Part shown: in pieces, positions 11,137-21,931 of the stretch
Layout of the letters: every line of letters starts with the position of its first letter
Position numbering within the stretch: position 1 is the first letter of the stretch
Assembly (NCBI GenBank): GCA_963803805.1
Contig: CAWDOD010000002.1
Coordinates: forward strand, 736,001-800,000
From: an uncultured cyanobacterium
Lineage (GTDB): Bacteria; Cyanobacteriota; Cyanobacteriia; Cyanobacteriales; CAWCAG01
Reading direction: 5' to 3'
Length of the DNA: 64,000 bases
Program-made: the position numbers and the translations under genes
Notes under the pieces: model-generated
What the model was told of the DNA's origin: nothing
The model's input: only the letters and a program-made list of their open reading frames with translations
The model's database searches: none

Positions 11137-13731
11137 TCACTCCATTACCTCTTCTACCTCCTCGCTTTCACTCTCTTCCTCTTCCTCTGAGGGGGGGACT
11201 AAAGCAACTGCGGCGATCGCATCGTCATTGTCTAGTCTTTGTACCCTCACTCCTGTAGCCATACGGGATTGGGTGGAGATGGAGTCGGTGGCTTGGCGGA
11301 TAATGATGCCTCGGTTAGTAACTAACATTAATTCATCTTCGGGATTGACTACGTGGGTTGCCACTAATTCATCATCAGAGATGCGGAATTTCATAGCTTT
11401 TAAACCCATACCAGCCCGGTTTTGGAGGCGGAATTGACCAACGGGAACTCGCTTACCATAGCCGCCTCTGGTGATAGCAAGAATCCAAGGGCCACTTCCT
11501 GGTTCTACTACTGCCCCCTCAGTATTACCTTCTTCGAGGTTCTCTTCTTCTTCTTCCCCTGCGGTACTAATGCCTGCGGTTACTTGGGCAGAAAGGACAT
11601 CCATGCTAATTAGTTTATCTCCTGACCGCAGTTTCATAGCCCTGACCCCACGGGTAGAACGTCCCAAGGGACGGAGTTGTTGGTGATTAGTACGGAAGTG
11701 GATAGCCATGCCTTGCCGGGAACCAATGATGATGCTGTCTTCTTCTGTGGCGAGGCGTACCCAACGTAATTGATCTCCTTCTTCTAGGGATATGGCGATT
11801 AAACCATTGGCACGAATTTTACTAAAGGCGGCGAGGGCGGTTTTTTTGATGTAACCGTTTTGGGTGAGCATTACTAAATACTCATCTTCGGTAAATTCGG
11901 TTACTGGAACAATGGAGGTGATTTTTTCTTCCCTGGAGATGGGTAACATTTGAACGATGGGAATGCCCCTGGCGGTACGGGAAGCGGTGGGAATTTGGTA
12001 AGCAGGTAAACTATAAACTACCCCGCGATCGCTAAAGAAAAGAATAGTATTATGGTCACAACAACTTAAGAAATGTTCCACCACATCATTTTCTTTAATT
12101 TTGGCGGCGGCTTTACCACGAGTGGCGCGACTTTGCTGCCCGAAGGTATCTACGGGCATCCGCTTGATGTAACCCTGTTCCGTTAAGAGGATAATTGCCT
12201 GTTCGTTGGCAATTAAGTCAATGTCTAAAAGTTCCCCTTCCCCTTGCAAAATGGTGGTTCTCCGGGGAGTGGCGTGGGTTTCTTTGATTTTGCCAACTTC
12301 TTCTTCAATTATCCCTTCAATACGTTCTTTTCTCGCTAGAATATCTTGTAAATCAGCGATACGAGTCTGTAGTTCTTGGTGTTCTGCTTGAATTTTATCG
12401 GTTTCTAGGGCAGTTAAACGTCTTAGTTGCATTTGCAAGATGGCATCCGCTTGAACCTGTGAGAGTCCAAAACCTTCTGCTAATTCTGTTTTTGCCATGG
12501 CTGTATCGGCCGCGCCGCGAATGATAGCAATGACTGCATCTAGGTTATCTAAAGCGATTAATAACCCCTGTAAGAGGTGATCCCTTTCTTCAGCTTTACG
12601 GAGTTCGTATTGGGTACGTCTGGTGATTGCTTCAACGCGAAACTCAATAAAGACACTGAGGAATTTCTTGAGGGATAGGAGTTGGGGTTCAGAGTCTACC
12701 AGGGCTAGCATATTAGCCCCGAAGTTCATTTGCAGAGGGGTTTGTTTATATAAGTTGTTGAGAGTTACCCTGGGGTGGGCATCCCGTTTAAGTTCAATAA
12801 CGATCCTCATACCATCGCGATCGCTTTCGTCACGAATATCGGAGATGCCATCTAAACGCTTATCATTAACCATCTCCGCGATTCTTTCAATCATGGACGC
12901 TTTGTTGGTTTGATAGGGCAGTTGGGTAATAATAATGGCATCTTTGTCTGGACGGCCCTTTTGTTCGATGATTTCCACCTCTGCAACCCCTCGCATGGTG
13001 ATAGAACCTCGCCCGGTGGTAAAAGTATCCTTAATCCCTTCCCGACCGAGAATTTGTCCTCCTGTAGGGAAATCAGGGCCTTGAATATATTGCATTAAGT
13101 CTAGGTCGGTCATTTCCGGGTTGTGGATTAAGGCCACAACTCCATCAATTAATTCTCCTAGATTATGGGGGGGGATATTGGTTGCCATCCCTACAGCAAT
13201 ACCAGAAGAACCATTAAGTAAAAGTTGGGGAATTCTGGCCGGGAGGACTACTGGTTCTTGTTGAGAACCATCGAAGTTATCAGCAAAATCAACGGTTTCC
13301 GATTCAATATCTCGTAGTAAAGCGTTGGTAGTTAAAGAATGCAGTCGGCATTCTGTATAACGCATTGCTGCTGGGGGGTCATTATCTACCGAACCAAAGT
13401 TACCATGGCCGGCGATTAAAGGGTCGCGCATGGAAAAATCCTGGGCCATGCGGACTAAAGCATCATAAACTGCGGTATCACCGTGGGGATGGTATTTACC
13501 TAAAACTTCCCCCACTACACGGGCGCATTTTCGGAAAGGGCGTTCTGGTATCAAGCCCAATTCATACATTGCATAAAGGATGCGGCGGTGTACGGGTTTT
13601 AAACCATCCCTAGCATCTGGAAGGGCCCTACCTACTATTACGCTCATGGCGTACTCTAGGTAAGAACGGGACATTTCACTTCTCAGATTTGTCGGTACAA
13701 TCCGCTCTTGGGAAAGGGTCATAGGGTTCAA
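11137..13731 (-). CDS. gyrA: DNA gyrase subunit A
   Basis: [26 protein letters not shown] (catalytic Tyr), GyrA-box-like QSRATRG, C-terminal pinwheel repeats. Confidence 0.97.
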   Translation of the reverse strand: MNPMTLSQERIVPTNLRSEMSRSYLEYAMSVIVGRALPDARDGLKPVHRRILYAMYELGLIPERPFRKCARVVGEVLGKYHPHGDTAVYDALVRMAQDFSMRDPLIAGHGNFGSVDNDPPAAMRYTECRLHSLTTNALLRDIESETVDFADNFDGSQQEPVVLPARIPQLLLNGSSGIAVGMATNIPPHNLGELIDGVVALIHNPEMTDLDLMQYIQGPDFPTGGQILGREGIKDTFTTGRGSITMRGVAEVEIIEQKGRPDKDAIIITQLPYQTNKASMIERIAEMVNDKRLDGISDIRDESDRDGMRIVIELKRDAHPRVTLNNLYKQTPLQMNFGANMLALVDSEPQLLSLKKFLSVFIEFRVEAITRRTQYELRKAEERDHLLQGLLIALDNLDAVIAIIRGAADTAMAKTELAEGFGLSQVQADAILQMQLRRLTALETDKIQAEHQELQTRIADLQDILARKERIEGIIEEEVGKIKETHATPRRTTILQGEGELLDIDLIANEQAIILLTEQGYIKRMPVDTFGQQSRATRGKAAAKIKENDVVEHFLSCCDHNTILFFSDRGVVYSLPAYQIPTASRTARGIPIVQMLPISREEKITSIVPVTEFTEDEYLVMLTQNGYIKKTALAAFSKIRANGLIAISLEEGDQLRWVRLATEEDSIIIGSRQGMAIHFRTNHQQLRPLGRSTRGVRAMKLRSGDKLISMDVLSAQVTAGISTAGEEEEENLEEGNTEGAVVEPGSGPWILAITRGGYGKRVPVGQFRLQNRAGMGLKAMKFRISDDELVATHVVNPEDELMLVTNRGIIIRQATDSISTQSRMATGVRVQRLDNDDAIAAVALVPPSEEEEESESEEVEEVME

Positions 13732-13950
13732 AACTCCATTAAATTAAGAATAATTCGGCTAAATATGACAAATACGGCAAAAAGCTACTACTTTTGCCCT
13801 AAACTGCTTAAAATTATTTGATTTTCTCCTTCTATTTTAGCACGTCTTACTTGCTAAGATTGGGGTTATTGGGGAGTAGACAGAGGTTTTCTTGAGGCAC
13901 TTTTTCAGGACTGAAAACTCAGGCTAAAATAGAATAAAATCTCTCTTCAA

Positions 13951-14325
13951 ATGGCAGACTTAAGTGGTACTTGGCTAGGTACTTATTGGCAGAGTGGAGT
14001 TCCTACTCGTTTTGAATTAACTTTGGTACAAGGTGGCAATAGTTTAAGTGGCAATATTTTGGATGATAGCCATTTAGGAGAAGCTGCTGTGGTGGGTGAG
14101 GTGGTTGGTAGGCGGGTTGATTTTACTAAAAGCTATCTCACTGGTTCTCGCCATTCTATTATTTATACGGGTTCTGTTTCTGAGGATGAAGATTTTATGG
14201 GGGGACAGTGGCAAATAGATGAATATTTTTCTGGATCTTGGGAAGCACGTCGTAGTGGGGATAATTTGGTGGCGGATCTAGCTAGTCGTGTAGCGAAAAA
14301 AGAACCTGTTTCTTTGGGTTTTTGA
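13951..14325 (+). CDS. Conserved hypothetical beta-rich protein
   Basis: 124-aa ORF, LSGTWLGTYWQ..GQWQI..GSWEA pattern. Confidence 0.7.
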   Translation: MADLSGTWLGTYWQSGVPTRFELTLVQGGNSLSGNILDDSHLGEAAVVGEVVGRRVDFTKSYLTGSRHSIIYTGSVSEDEDFMGGQWQIDEYFSGSWEARRSGDNLVADLASRVAKKEPVSLGF

Positions 14326-14422
14326 AGGGTAGCTAATTGCTAGTGGCTAGTGGCTAGTGGTAAGTTGCTAAAATCTTAGACTTGGTGAGAAGCTTTTATT
14401 AATTGGAGTACTTTCAGCTAAT

Positions 14423-15754
14423 ATGAAACCTTGCTATTCCTTTGCTTTCTCTGGCTTGCTGATTTTATTTGCTTTTAGTGTCAGTGACTTGAATAAGCCT
14501 GTGGCAGCAGCAGAAATTAAGCGCCAAGTCTCTGTGTTGCAAGGGGAAGTGGTTGCACAGGCACAGACAGCAGAAGATTTTTTTAATGAAGGTAATGATT
14601 TTTATGATCAAGGGCGTTATGAAGAAGCTGTGGCTTCTTATGATAAGGCTGTAGAAATTAAACCTGACTATCATGAAGCTTGGTACAATCGCGGCATTTC
14701 TCTATCTGAGTTAGGGAAGTATTCAGAGGCAGTGGCTTCCTTTGACAAAGCTATAGAAATTAAACCTGACGATCATCAAGCTTGGAATTATCGCGGCATT
14801 TCTCTATATAAGTTAGGGAAGTACTCAGAGGCGGTGGCTGCCTATGATAAAGCTGTGGAGATTAAACCTGACTATCATGAGGCTTGGCATAATCGCGGTA
14901 TTTTCCTAGATGAGTTAGGGAAGTATTCAGAGGCGGTGGTTTCCTATGATAAAGCTGTAGAGATTAAACCTGACTATCATGAAGCTTGGAATAATCACGG
15001 CATTTCTCTATATAAGTTAGGAAACTATTCAGAGGCATTAGCTTCCTTTGACAAAGCTATAGAGATTAATCCCTACTATCATGAGTTTTGGTATAATCGC
15101 GGCATTTCCCTATATGAGTTAGGAAACTATTCAGAGGCGGTGGCTGCCTATGATAAAGCTGTGGAGATTAATCCCTACTATCATGAGTTTTGGTATAATC
15201 GTGGCATTTGCCTATATGAGTTAGGAAAGTATTTAGAGGCATTAGCTTCCTTTGACAAAGCTGTGGAGATTAAGCCTAATAAACATGAGTTTTGGTACGG
15301 TCGCGGCATTTCCCTACATGAGTTAGGGAAGTATTCAGAGGCGGTGGCTGCCTATGATAAAGCTGTGGAGATTAATCCCTACTATCATGAGGCTTGGCAT
15401 AATCGCGGTATTTTCCTAGATAGGTTAGGAAAGTATTTAGAGGCGGTGGTTTCTTTTGAAAAGGCTGTGGAGATTAAACCTAATAAACATGAGGCTTGGT
15501 ACGGTCGCGGCATTTCCCTAAATAAGTTAGGGAAGTATTCAGAAGCATTGGCTTCCTTTGACAAAGCTATAGAGATTAAACCTGACAAATATGAGGCTTG
15601 GCATGGTCGCGGTTGGGTGTTGGAGAAACTAGAACAGTTTGATGCAGCCCTGAAGTCTTACGAAAAAGCTATAGAGAATAAACCTGATTTTCAATTAGCT
15701 ATCAATAGCCGCAATGATTTACTCAAAAAATTAGGACGTTCCACTTCTGAATAA
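14423..15754 (+). CDS. Secreted tetratricopeptide-repeat protein
   Basis: N-terminal signal-like segment then about 11 34-aa TPRs (AWYNRGISL..LGKYSEAVASFDKAIEIKPD), encoded by near-identical 102-bp units. Confidence 0.93.
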   Translation: MKPCYSFAFSGLLILFAFSVSDLNKPVAAAEIKRQVSVLQGEVVAQAQTAEDFFNEGNDFYDQGRYEEAVASYDKAVEIKPDYHEAWYNRGISLSELGKYSEAVASFDKAIEIKPDDHQAWNYRGISLYKLGKYSEAVAAYDKAVEIKPDYHEAWHNRGIFLDELGKYSEAVVSYDKAVEIKPDYHEAWNNHGISLYKLGNYSEALASFDKAIEINPYYHEFWYNRGISLYELGNYSEAVAAYDKAVEINPYYHEFWYNRGICLYELGKYLEALASFDKAVEIKPNKHEFWYGRGISLHELGKYSEAVAAYDKAVEINPYYHEAWHNRGIFLDRLGKYLEAVVSFEKAVEIKPNKHEAWYGRGISLNKLGKYSEALASFDKAIEIKPDKYEAWHGRGWVLEKLEQFDAALKSYEKAIENKPDFQLAINSRNDLLKKLGRSTSE

Positions 15755-15871
15755 TTGCTCCTAAATTTTCATTTGCTAATGGCTAGTGGCTAATGGCTAA
15801 TCGCTAGTTATCTTTACTGATCATTGATATTGATCATTGTTCGGCTTGCCGTTGCCGTAGGCATCATTGAC

Positions 15872-16135
15872 TCAATAGTATTCTGATTCAAGCTGGTTAA
15901 AAGGAACAAAAAATTCTTTGGGTAACAAAGCTGGTTTGCGGTGAAAAATTAGGTGTCCTCGGTAGCTGTAACGATCTATCACTACACCGAGAGGACGTTG
16001 AGTAAGGGTAGGATGTACTTCTAAGTAAGTATTGTAAACCAGCCGAGCCGCCCGAATAATCATGGGGTCGATAAAAGCTGACAGATTATTTGGGTCAGTT
16101 TGTTCTTCGAGTCTTTGCCCTGAGATATATACCAC
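15872..16135 (-). CDS. Conserved cyanobacterial hypothetical protein
   Basis: 87-aa ORF ending KPALLPKEFFVPF. Confidence 0.6.
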   Translation of the reverse strand: MVYISGQRLEEQTDPNNLSAFIDPMIIRAARLVYNTYLEVHPTLTQRPLGVVIDRYSYRGHLIFHRKPALLPKEFFVPFNQLESEYY

Positions 16136-16285
16136 TGGTGTGTCCCTAAAGTTTTTCCCTCAGCTTTAATTTACCTAGTAGTCTGTCAATTTTCCATTTA
16201 TGGGTAAAGAATAATCCTCTACTTAAAAAAGTAACCCTCGAACTTAATCTCGACTCACTACTAGAAAGGAGCGCTATAGCAACAG

Positions 16286-17365
16286 CTATAAAACTTTTAT
16301 TAAAGCTTCTCCTATTGCACGACACCCTAGTTGTTCTTTTCCTTCTGACATAATGTCACCTGTACGATAACCTTTGTCAAGAACTTTGGTTACTGCTTGT
16401 TCAATTTTATCAGCAGCTTGGGGTTGGTTTAAACCATAGCGTAACATCATTGCTGCGCTGAGGATCTGAGCTAAAGGATTAGCTTTGTCTTGACCCGCTA
16501 TATCTGGCGCGGAACCGTGAACAGGTTCAAAGACTCCTGGCCCATTTGCTCCTAGACTAGCAGAAGGTAACATCCCAATGCTACCCGTAAGCATGGCAGC
16601 CGCGTCGGAAAGAATATCCCCAAATAAGTTACCTGTGACAATGGTATCAAACTGTTTAGGCCACCGAAGTAGTTGCATGGCGGCGTTATCAACATAAAGG
16701 TGAGATAGTTCTACGTGAGGATAATCTTTGGCTATAGCTATGACGCGATCGCGCCATAGTTGGGAGACATCTAAGACATTAGCTTTGTCAACAGAACATA
16801 ACTTACCTTGGCGTTTTTGAGCAGTTTCAAAGCCGATTTTAGCAATACGATCTACTTCACTTTCTGTATAAGCCATGGTGTTAACTCCTCTTTTTTCCCC
16901 AGTTTCCGAGGCGAAAATTCCTTTGGGCTTACCGAAATAAACTCCCCCAGTTAGTTCCCTCACCACCATAATATCTACTCCTTCAATCACTTCTTTTTTC
17001 AGGCTAGAAGCGTCTATAAGTTGGGGCAATATAGTTGCTGGGCGGAGGTTGGCAAATAAGTTTAAACCCGCCCTCAAGCCTAACAATCCTGTTTCTGGGC
17101 GTTGTTGGCGAGGTAAGTTGTCCCACTTATAACCACCAATTGCAGCAAGTAAGACAGCATCACTATTACGGCAAATATTTAAGGTTTCTGCTGGCAAAGG
17201 TTCTCCGGTTTCGTCAATTGCAACTCCGCCAATGAGGGCTTCGCTAAACTTAAACTCTAAATCGAATTCTTGGCCTATAACTTCCAACACCTCTACTGTA
17301 ACGGTCATTATTTCCGGTCCAATGCCATCGCCGGGGAGTAGGGTAATGTTGTAAGTCTCAGTCAT
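16286..17365 (-). CDS. leuB: 3-isopropylmalate dehydrogenase
   Basis: [46 protein letters not shown]. Confidence 0.97.
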   Translation of the reverse strand: MTETYNITLLPGDGIGPEIMTVTVEVLEVIGQEFDLEFKFSEALIGGVAIDETGEPLPAETLNICRNSDAVLLAAIGGYKWDNLPRQQRPETGLLGLRAGLNLFANLRPATILPQLIDASSLKKEVIEGVDIMVVRELTGGVYFGKPKGIFASETGEKRGVNTMAYTESEVDRIAKIGFETAQKRQGKLCSVDKANVLDVSQLWRDRVIAIAKDYPHVELSHLYVDNAAMQLLRWPKQFDTIVTGNLFGDILSDAAAMLTGSIGMLPSASLGANGPGVFEPVHGSAPDIAGQDKANPLAQILSAAMMLRYGLNQPQAADKIEQAVTKVLDKGYRTGDIMSEGKEQLGCRAIGEALIKVL

Positions 17366-17715
17366 GGTTTGTTTGGGGTAGATGTTCAGACTATTTTAAT
17401 TGTTAATGGCTAATTATTATTAGCTTTGACCTTCCCAAAGCAGGCTTGAGATGATATTCTTTACTTGGTGGAAAAGGTGCGCTTCTAAAAAGGACTTTTT
17501 AAGCAAAATTTCTAGATTATTTCCCCTCAGCAACAAAAAACAGTGCTTACACAGAGAATAACCATAAACTTAAAGACTAAGCCTCATAGATATTCCGGAC
17601 TAGATATTCTAAGTTAAGGAAGGGTTAGATAGTTTAAATCACGAGTATTCTTATAATAATCAGGGGCATCTTAAGGTAAACCGAATGTACTTTAAGATAA
17701 AAATTTAGGTAGGAC

Positions 17716-20700
17716 ATGGGTGATGTAGTTTGGTTACTTGGTTGTTCTGGGTTGGTCTTTTTGATGCAACCAGGATTCATGTGTTTAGAGTCGGGGTTAA
17801 CCCGCTCTAAAAATAGCATTAATGTAGCGGTTAAAAACTTAGCTGATGTTAGTGTCTCGGTTATTTTATTTTGGGTTTTTGGCTATGCTTTAATGTTTGG
17901 GGCTTCTGCTGCGGGTTTTGTAGGTACTGAAGGATTTTTCCTAGAAATAGACTCTAGCCCCAAATTAGCAGCCTTCTTTTTATTCCAAGCTATGTTTTGC
18001 GGCACTACCACCACCATCGTCTCAGGGGCAGTGGCAGAACGCTTGCGCTTTAATGCTTATTTAATCATCGCTTTACTCATTTCCGGTTTAGTTTATCCCC
18101 TTTTTGGTCACTGGGCTTGGAATGGCATAGAGATGGCAAATCCTACGGGGTGGTTAGGGAAACTGGGTTTTGCCGATTTTGCTGGTTCAACGGTGGTTCA
18201 TAGCATTGGTGGTTGGGTATCCTTGGCTGCTTTGTTGGTAATTGGCCCCCGCAAAGGACGCTTCAACTCTGGTAAATCAAACAAAATTCATGGTTCTAAC
18301 CTCCCTTTTTCTGTCTTGGGGGCGATGTTATTGTGGTTAGGTTGGTTAGGTTTTAATGGTGGCAGCACCTTTGCTTTAAATGAAGAAGTTCCCCGCATTG
18401 TCGTTCATACCATCATCGCTGGGGCAATGGGAATGCTTACGGCTGGGGTTATTGGTTGGCAAAGGAGTAAATTACTTGAACCGGAAGTCTTAATTAATGG
18501 TTCCATTGCCGGATTAGTTTCGATCACCGGTTCCTGTAATGCCGTAAATATGAAAGAGGCAGCATTAATTGGTGCTATGGGTGGTGCAATTATGGTATTT
18601 ACCACCTATTGGATGGAACGCTGGCACATTGATGATGGGGTAGATGCTTTTGCGATTCACGGTGCTGGTGGTATGTGGGGAACCCTTGCTGTAGGTTGGT
18701 TTGGGGAACCGGAGATTCTTAATACTGGTTTGGGGCATTATAGCCAGTTAGGAGTACAACTATTAGGTATTGGCGTTGCTTTTATTTGGGCTTTTGGTTT
18801 AACCTATTTAGTCTTACGTAACATTAACCGCATCTTCCCCCTACGGGTATCAGAAGAGGAAGAAGATTTAGGTTTAAATGTTTCAGAACATCAAGCTAAG
18901 ACAGAAGTTTACGCCTTATTTCAGGTTATGGATGAACAGGCAAGAACTCAAGATTTTAGCCTACGAGTCCCGGAAGATGCCTATACAGAAGCGGGTAAGA
19001 TTGCTTATCGCTATAACCAAGTGATGGATTCTTTGGAAAGTTATGCCCAGCAAATGGAAGAATTAAACGCTAACTTAGAAGAGAAAGTCACCGAACGTAC
19101 CGCAGAACTTGCTGAAGCGAATTTGGAGTTACAGCGTTTAGATCGCCTCAAAGATGAATTTCTCGCTAATACTTCCCATGAGTTACGTACTCCCCTCAAC
19201 GGCATTATTGGTATTGCTGACTCTTTGATTGATGGGGCAACGGGGCCTTTGCCCCAAGCCACCTATGTTAATTTAGGGATGATTGCCAATAGTGGCAGGC
19301 GTTTAGAGAATTTAGTTAACGATATCCTAGATTTTTCCCAAATCGCCCATAACAAGTTGCAACTACAACTTAAATCAGTTAGTTTGCGGGAAATCGCAGA
19401 ATTAGTATTAACAGTTTGTCAATCTTTAGTTGGTTCCAAAAACATCAAATTAATCAACGATATTCCAGACACCTTACCTCCAGGCTTAGCGGATGAGAAC
19501 CGCTTGCAACAAATTTTATATAACTTGGTAGGCAATGGCATTAAGTTTACTGATGCAGGTTGGGTTAAGGTATCAGCTAAGTTAGGGAGTAAAAAAAAAT
19601 CCCCAATTTATCTCAGTGTTACCGACACAGGTATTGGTATCCGAGAAGATGTTATTAATCGTATTTTTGAATCTTTTGTTCAAGCCGATGGTTCCACCGC
19701 ACGCAATTATGGAGGGACGGGTTTAGGATTAGCTGTAACAAAACAGCTAGTCGAGTTGCATGGGGGAAAAATTTGGGCAGAATCTACTGTTAAGGAAGGG
19801 TCAACCTTCACTTTCACTTTACCCACAGCAGATCAGCCTTCATCTCTACCTAAAAAACAAAAACCACCCACTGTTTTTAAAAAGGAAGACCAACCCCTAA
19901 TTCAGGTTACTAACCAGGAGTTAGTAACTGTTGTACCAGATAAAGATCAATTTAAAATCCTCATTGTAGACGACGAACCCGTCAATCTTCAGGTACTAAT
20001 TAATTATCTAGCCCTAGAAAATTATTCCTTAATTCAAGCCCCTAATGGTATTGAGGCTTTAGAGAAAATCAAACAAGGTTTTATGCCAGATTTAATCTTG
20101 CTTGATGTAATGATGCCGAAGATGACAGGTTATGAAGTTACCCAAAAATTACGGCAAAGCTTCCTACCCACAGAATTACCGATTGTGATGTTAACAGCCA
20201 AAGATCAGATTGCTGATTTAGTAGCAGGATTAACGGCGGGGGCTAACGATTATTTAACTAAACCAATTAATAAACAAGAATTATTAGCCCGCATCAAAAC
20301 TCACTTAGAATTAGCTAATCTCAATCAATCTTATGGTCGTTTTGTACCCCATGAATTTCTCCATCTATTAAATAAACAAAGTATTCTTGACCTCAAAGTT
20401 GGAGAAGCGGTACAAAAAGAAATGTCAGTGCTGTTTTCTGATATTCGCTCTTTCACTACTTTAAGTGAAAATATGAGTGTGGAAGAGAATTTTAAGTTTA
20501 TCAATGCTTATCTTTCGCGCATGGAATCAGCCATTGTCAAAAATAAGGGTTTTATTGATAAATATATTGGTGATGCAATTATGGCTTTGTTTAGCCAGAA
20601 AGCAGACGATGCTGTGCAAGCAGGCATTGCCATGTTAGAAACTCTCAAACGCTATAATCAAACCAGACAAAGACCAGATCGAAAACCTTTAAAAATTGGT

Positions 20701-21138
20701 ATTGGTATCAATACAGGGACTTTGATGATTGGTACAGTGGGGGGAGAAAAACGCATGGATAGTACCGTAATTAGCGATGCGGTTAATCTGGCTTCTCGCA
20801 TTGAGGGTTTGACTAAAAATTATGGTGTTTCTTTGTTGATTTCTCAGCAAACTTTATTACGATTAAATGATCCTAGTCAATATGCCATTCGCTTAATTGA
20901 TAGGGTTAAAGTCAAAGGCAAATCAACCTTAGTTACTGTGTACGAAGTTTTTGATGCTGACGAACCGGAAATTAAAGCAGGCAAGTTAGTAACTAAAGGG
21001 ATTTTTGAACAAGCTTGGGAACTTTATAATCAAAATAGGTTAAACGAAGCTGCTAAATTATTTCTTGATTGTTACCAAAAAAATCCTGGCGATCGCGTGG
21101 CACAAATTTATCTCGAACGTTGTCAAAGTTTGGTTTGA
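17716..21138 (+). CDS. Fusion: Amt ammonium transporter - histidine kinase - receiver - class III adenylate cyclase
   Basis: Amt motifs (DFAGSTVVH, GWLGFNGGS, DDGVDAFAIH); H-box SHELRTPLNG; G-boxes DTGIGI and GGTGLGL; REC ILIVDDE/LLDVMMP; cyclase LFSDIRSFT, DKYIGDAIMA, DAVNLASR. Confidence 0.93.
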   Translation: MGDVVWLLGCSGLVFLMQPGFMCLESGLTRSKNSINVAVKNLADVSVSVILFWVFGYALMFGASAAGFVGTEGFFLEIDSSPKLAAFFLFQAMFCGTTTTIVSGAVAERLRFNAYLIIALLISGLVYPLFGHWAWNGIEMANPTGWLGKLGFADFAGSTVVHSIGGWVSLAALLVIGPRKGRFNSGKSNKIHGSNLPFSVLGAMLLWLGWLGFNGGSTFALNEEVPRIVVHTIIAGAMGMLTAGVIGWQRSKLLEPEVLINGSIAGLVSITGSCNAVNMKEAALIGAMGGAIMVFTTYWMERWHIDDGVDAFAIHGAGGMWGTLAVGWFGEPEILNTGLGHYSQLGVQLLGIGVAFIWAFGLTYLVLRNINRIFPLRVSEEEEDLGLNVSEHQAKTEVYALFQVMDEQARTQDFSLRVPEDAYTEAGKIAYRYNQVMDSLESYAQQMEELNANLEEKVTERTAELAEANLELQRLDRLKDEFLANTSHELRTPLNGIIGIADSLIDGATGPLPQATYVNLGMIANSGRRLENLVNDILDFSQIAHNKLQLQLKSVSLREIAELVLTVCQSLVGSKNIKLINDIPDTLPPGLADENRLQQILYNLVGNGIKFTDAGWVKVSAKLGSKKKSPIYLSVTDTGIGIREDVINRIFESFVQADGSTARNYGGTGLGLAVTKQLVELHGGKIWAESTVKEGSTFTFTLPTADQPSSLPKKQKPPTVFKKEDQPLIQVTNQELVTVVPDKDQFKILIVDDEPVNLQVLINYLALENYSLIQAPNGIEALEKIKQGFMPDLILLDVMMPKMTGYEVTQKLRQSFLPTELPIVMLTAKDQIADLVAGLTAGANDYLTKPINKQELLARIKTHLELANLNQSYGRFVPHEFLHLLNKQSILDLKVGEAVQKEMSVLFSDIRSFTTLSENMSVEENFKFINAYLSRMESAIVKNKGFIDKYIGDAIMALFSQKADDAVQAGIAMLETLKRYNQTRQRPDRKPLKIGIGINTGTLMIGTVGGEKRMDSTVISDAVNLASRIEGLTKNYGVSLLISQQTLLRLNDPSQYAIRLIDRVKVKGKSTLVTVYEVFDADEPEIKAGKLVTKGIFEQAWELYNQNRLNEAAKLFLDCYQKNPGDRVAQIYLERCQSLV

Positions 21139-21360
21139 TTCTAATCGTTATCTAACCTTTTAACTGAGTTAACAATTCCATGTAGCGCTGGCATATGTCT
21201 TTATGGGTTACAGCCTCAGATGCCCCTGTAGGTTTGTTGTAGACGCAGATTGTTGGTATGTTTCTAGGGCGTTTGGAATTCTTTACTGTTTTTGTTGGGG
21301 TTGTGAGGTTTTTGCAAGATTTTAAATCGGTTTTATTCTAAAACTAAGCCCATAGGAATT

Positions 21361-21651
21361 ATGGAGAAAACGGCTGAGACTTCGATAGAAAATAGAAGGA
21401 AGAAATACTTTAAGCTTAGTTCACAAAAGGAGAGTATTCAATCTTTTGTGGAGTACTGGGGTAATAATGAGAACGTTAGTAATTATATGTTAGACAGAGC
21501 AAATGCTAAGTATGAGTTGGTTTTATTCCTAGAATACATACCCTATATTAAGGAAGTAGAGAATACAAATCAGGAAGGACAATTGGTTGATTTTCTTTTA
21601 GATTACACCCCTAAAATAATTATGTACGGTATTAGGTATTATTTGATTTAA
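21361..21651 (+). pseudogene. Short ORF, possibly a remnant of a larger kinase/phosphotransferase-like gene
   Basis: 96 aa with a LVLFLEYIP kinase-hinge-like segment in an AT-rich region; family uncertain. Confidence 0.3.
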
Positions 21652-21931
21652 AGAGATCTAGTATTTTTTCTTGTAAAAAAAAGATACTATGTTCATATAA
21701 ACTATTTTCAAAATATTGATTTTTGATTTATTATTTTTTATAAGTTGGTTCTCATAAGGAACCCGCAAACAACTTGTTACGTCTTAAAGAAGTTAGCGCT
21801 AATTTATTCTAATTATAGTTGCCGATTTTCATTTTTTGAAAGCCTATTAAATCACTTTATCAACTTATTTAAAAAACAAAAATTAGTCTGCAAAATCCAG
21901 ATAAGTTTTTCCGGATAACTAACAATAACCG

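Noticed and set aside
14580-15680. Possible DGR or CRISPR in 102-bp repeats
   Set aside because: They are in-frame TPR coding units.
17670-17696. NtcA site upstream of Amt fusion
   Set aside because: Best match GTA-AACCGAATG-TAC has 9-nt spacing, not the canonical GTA-N8-TAC.
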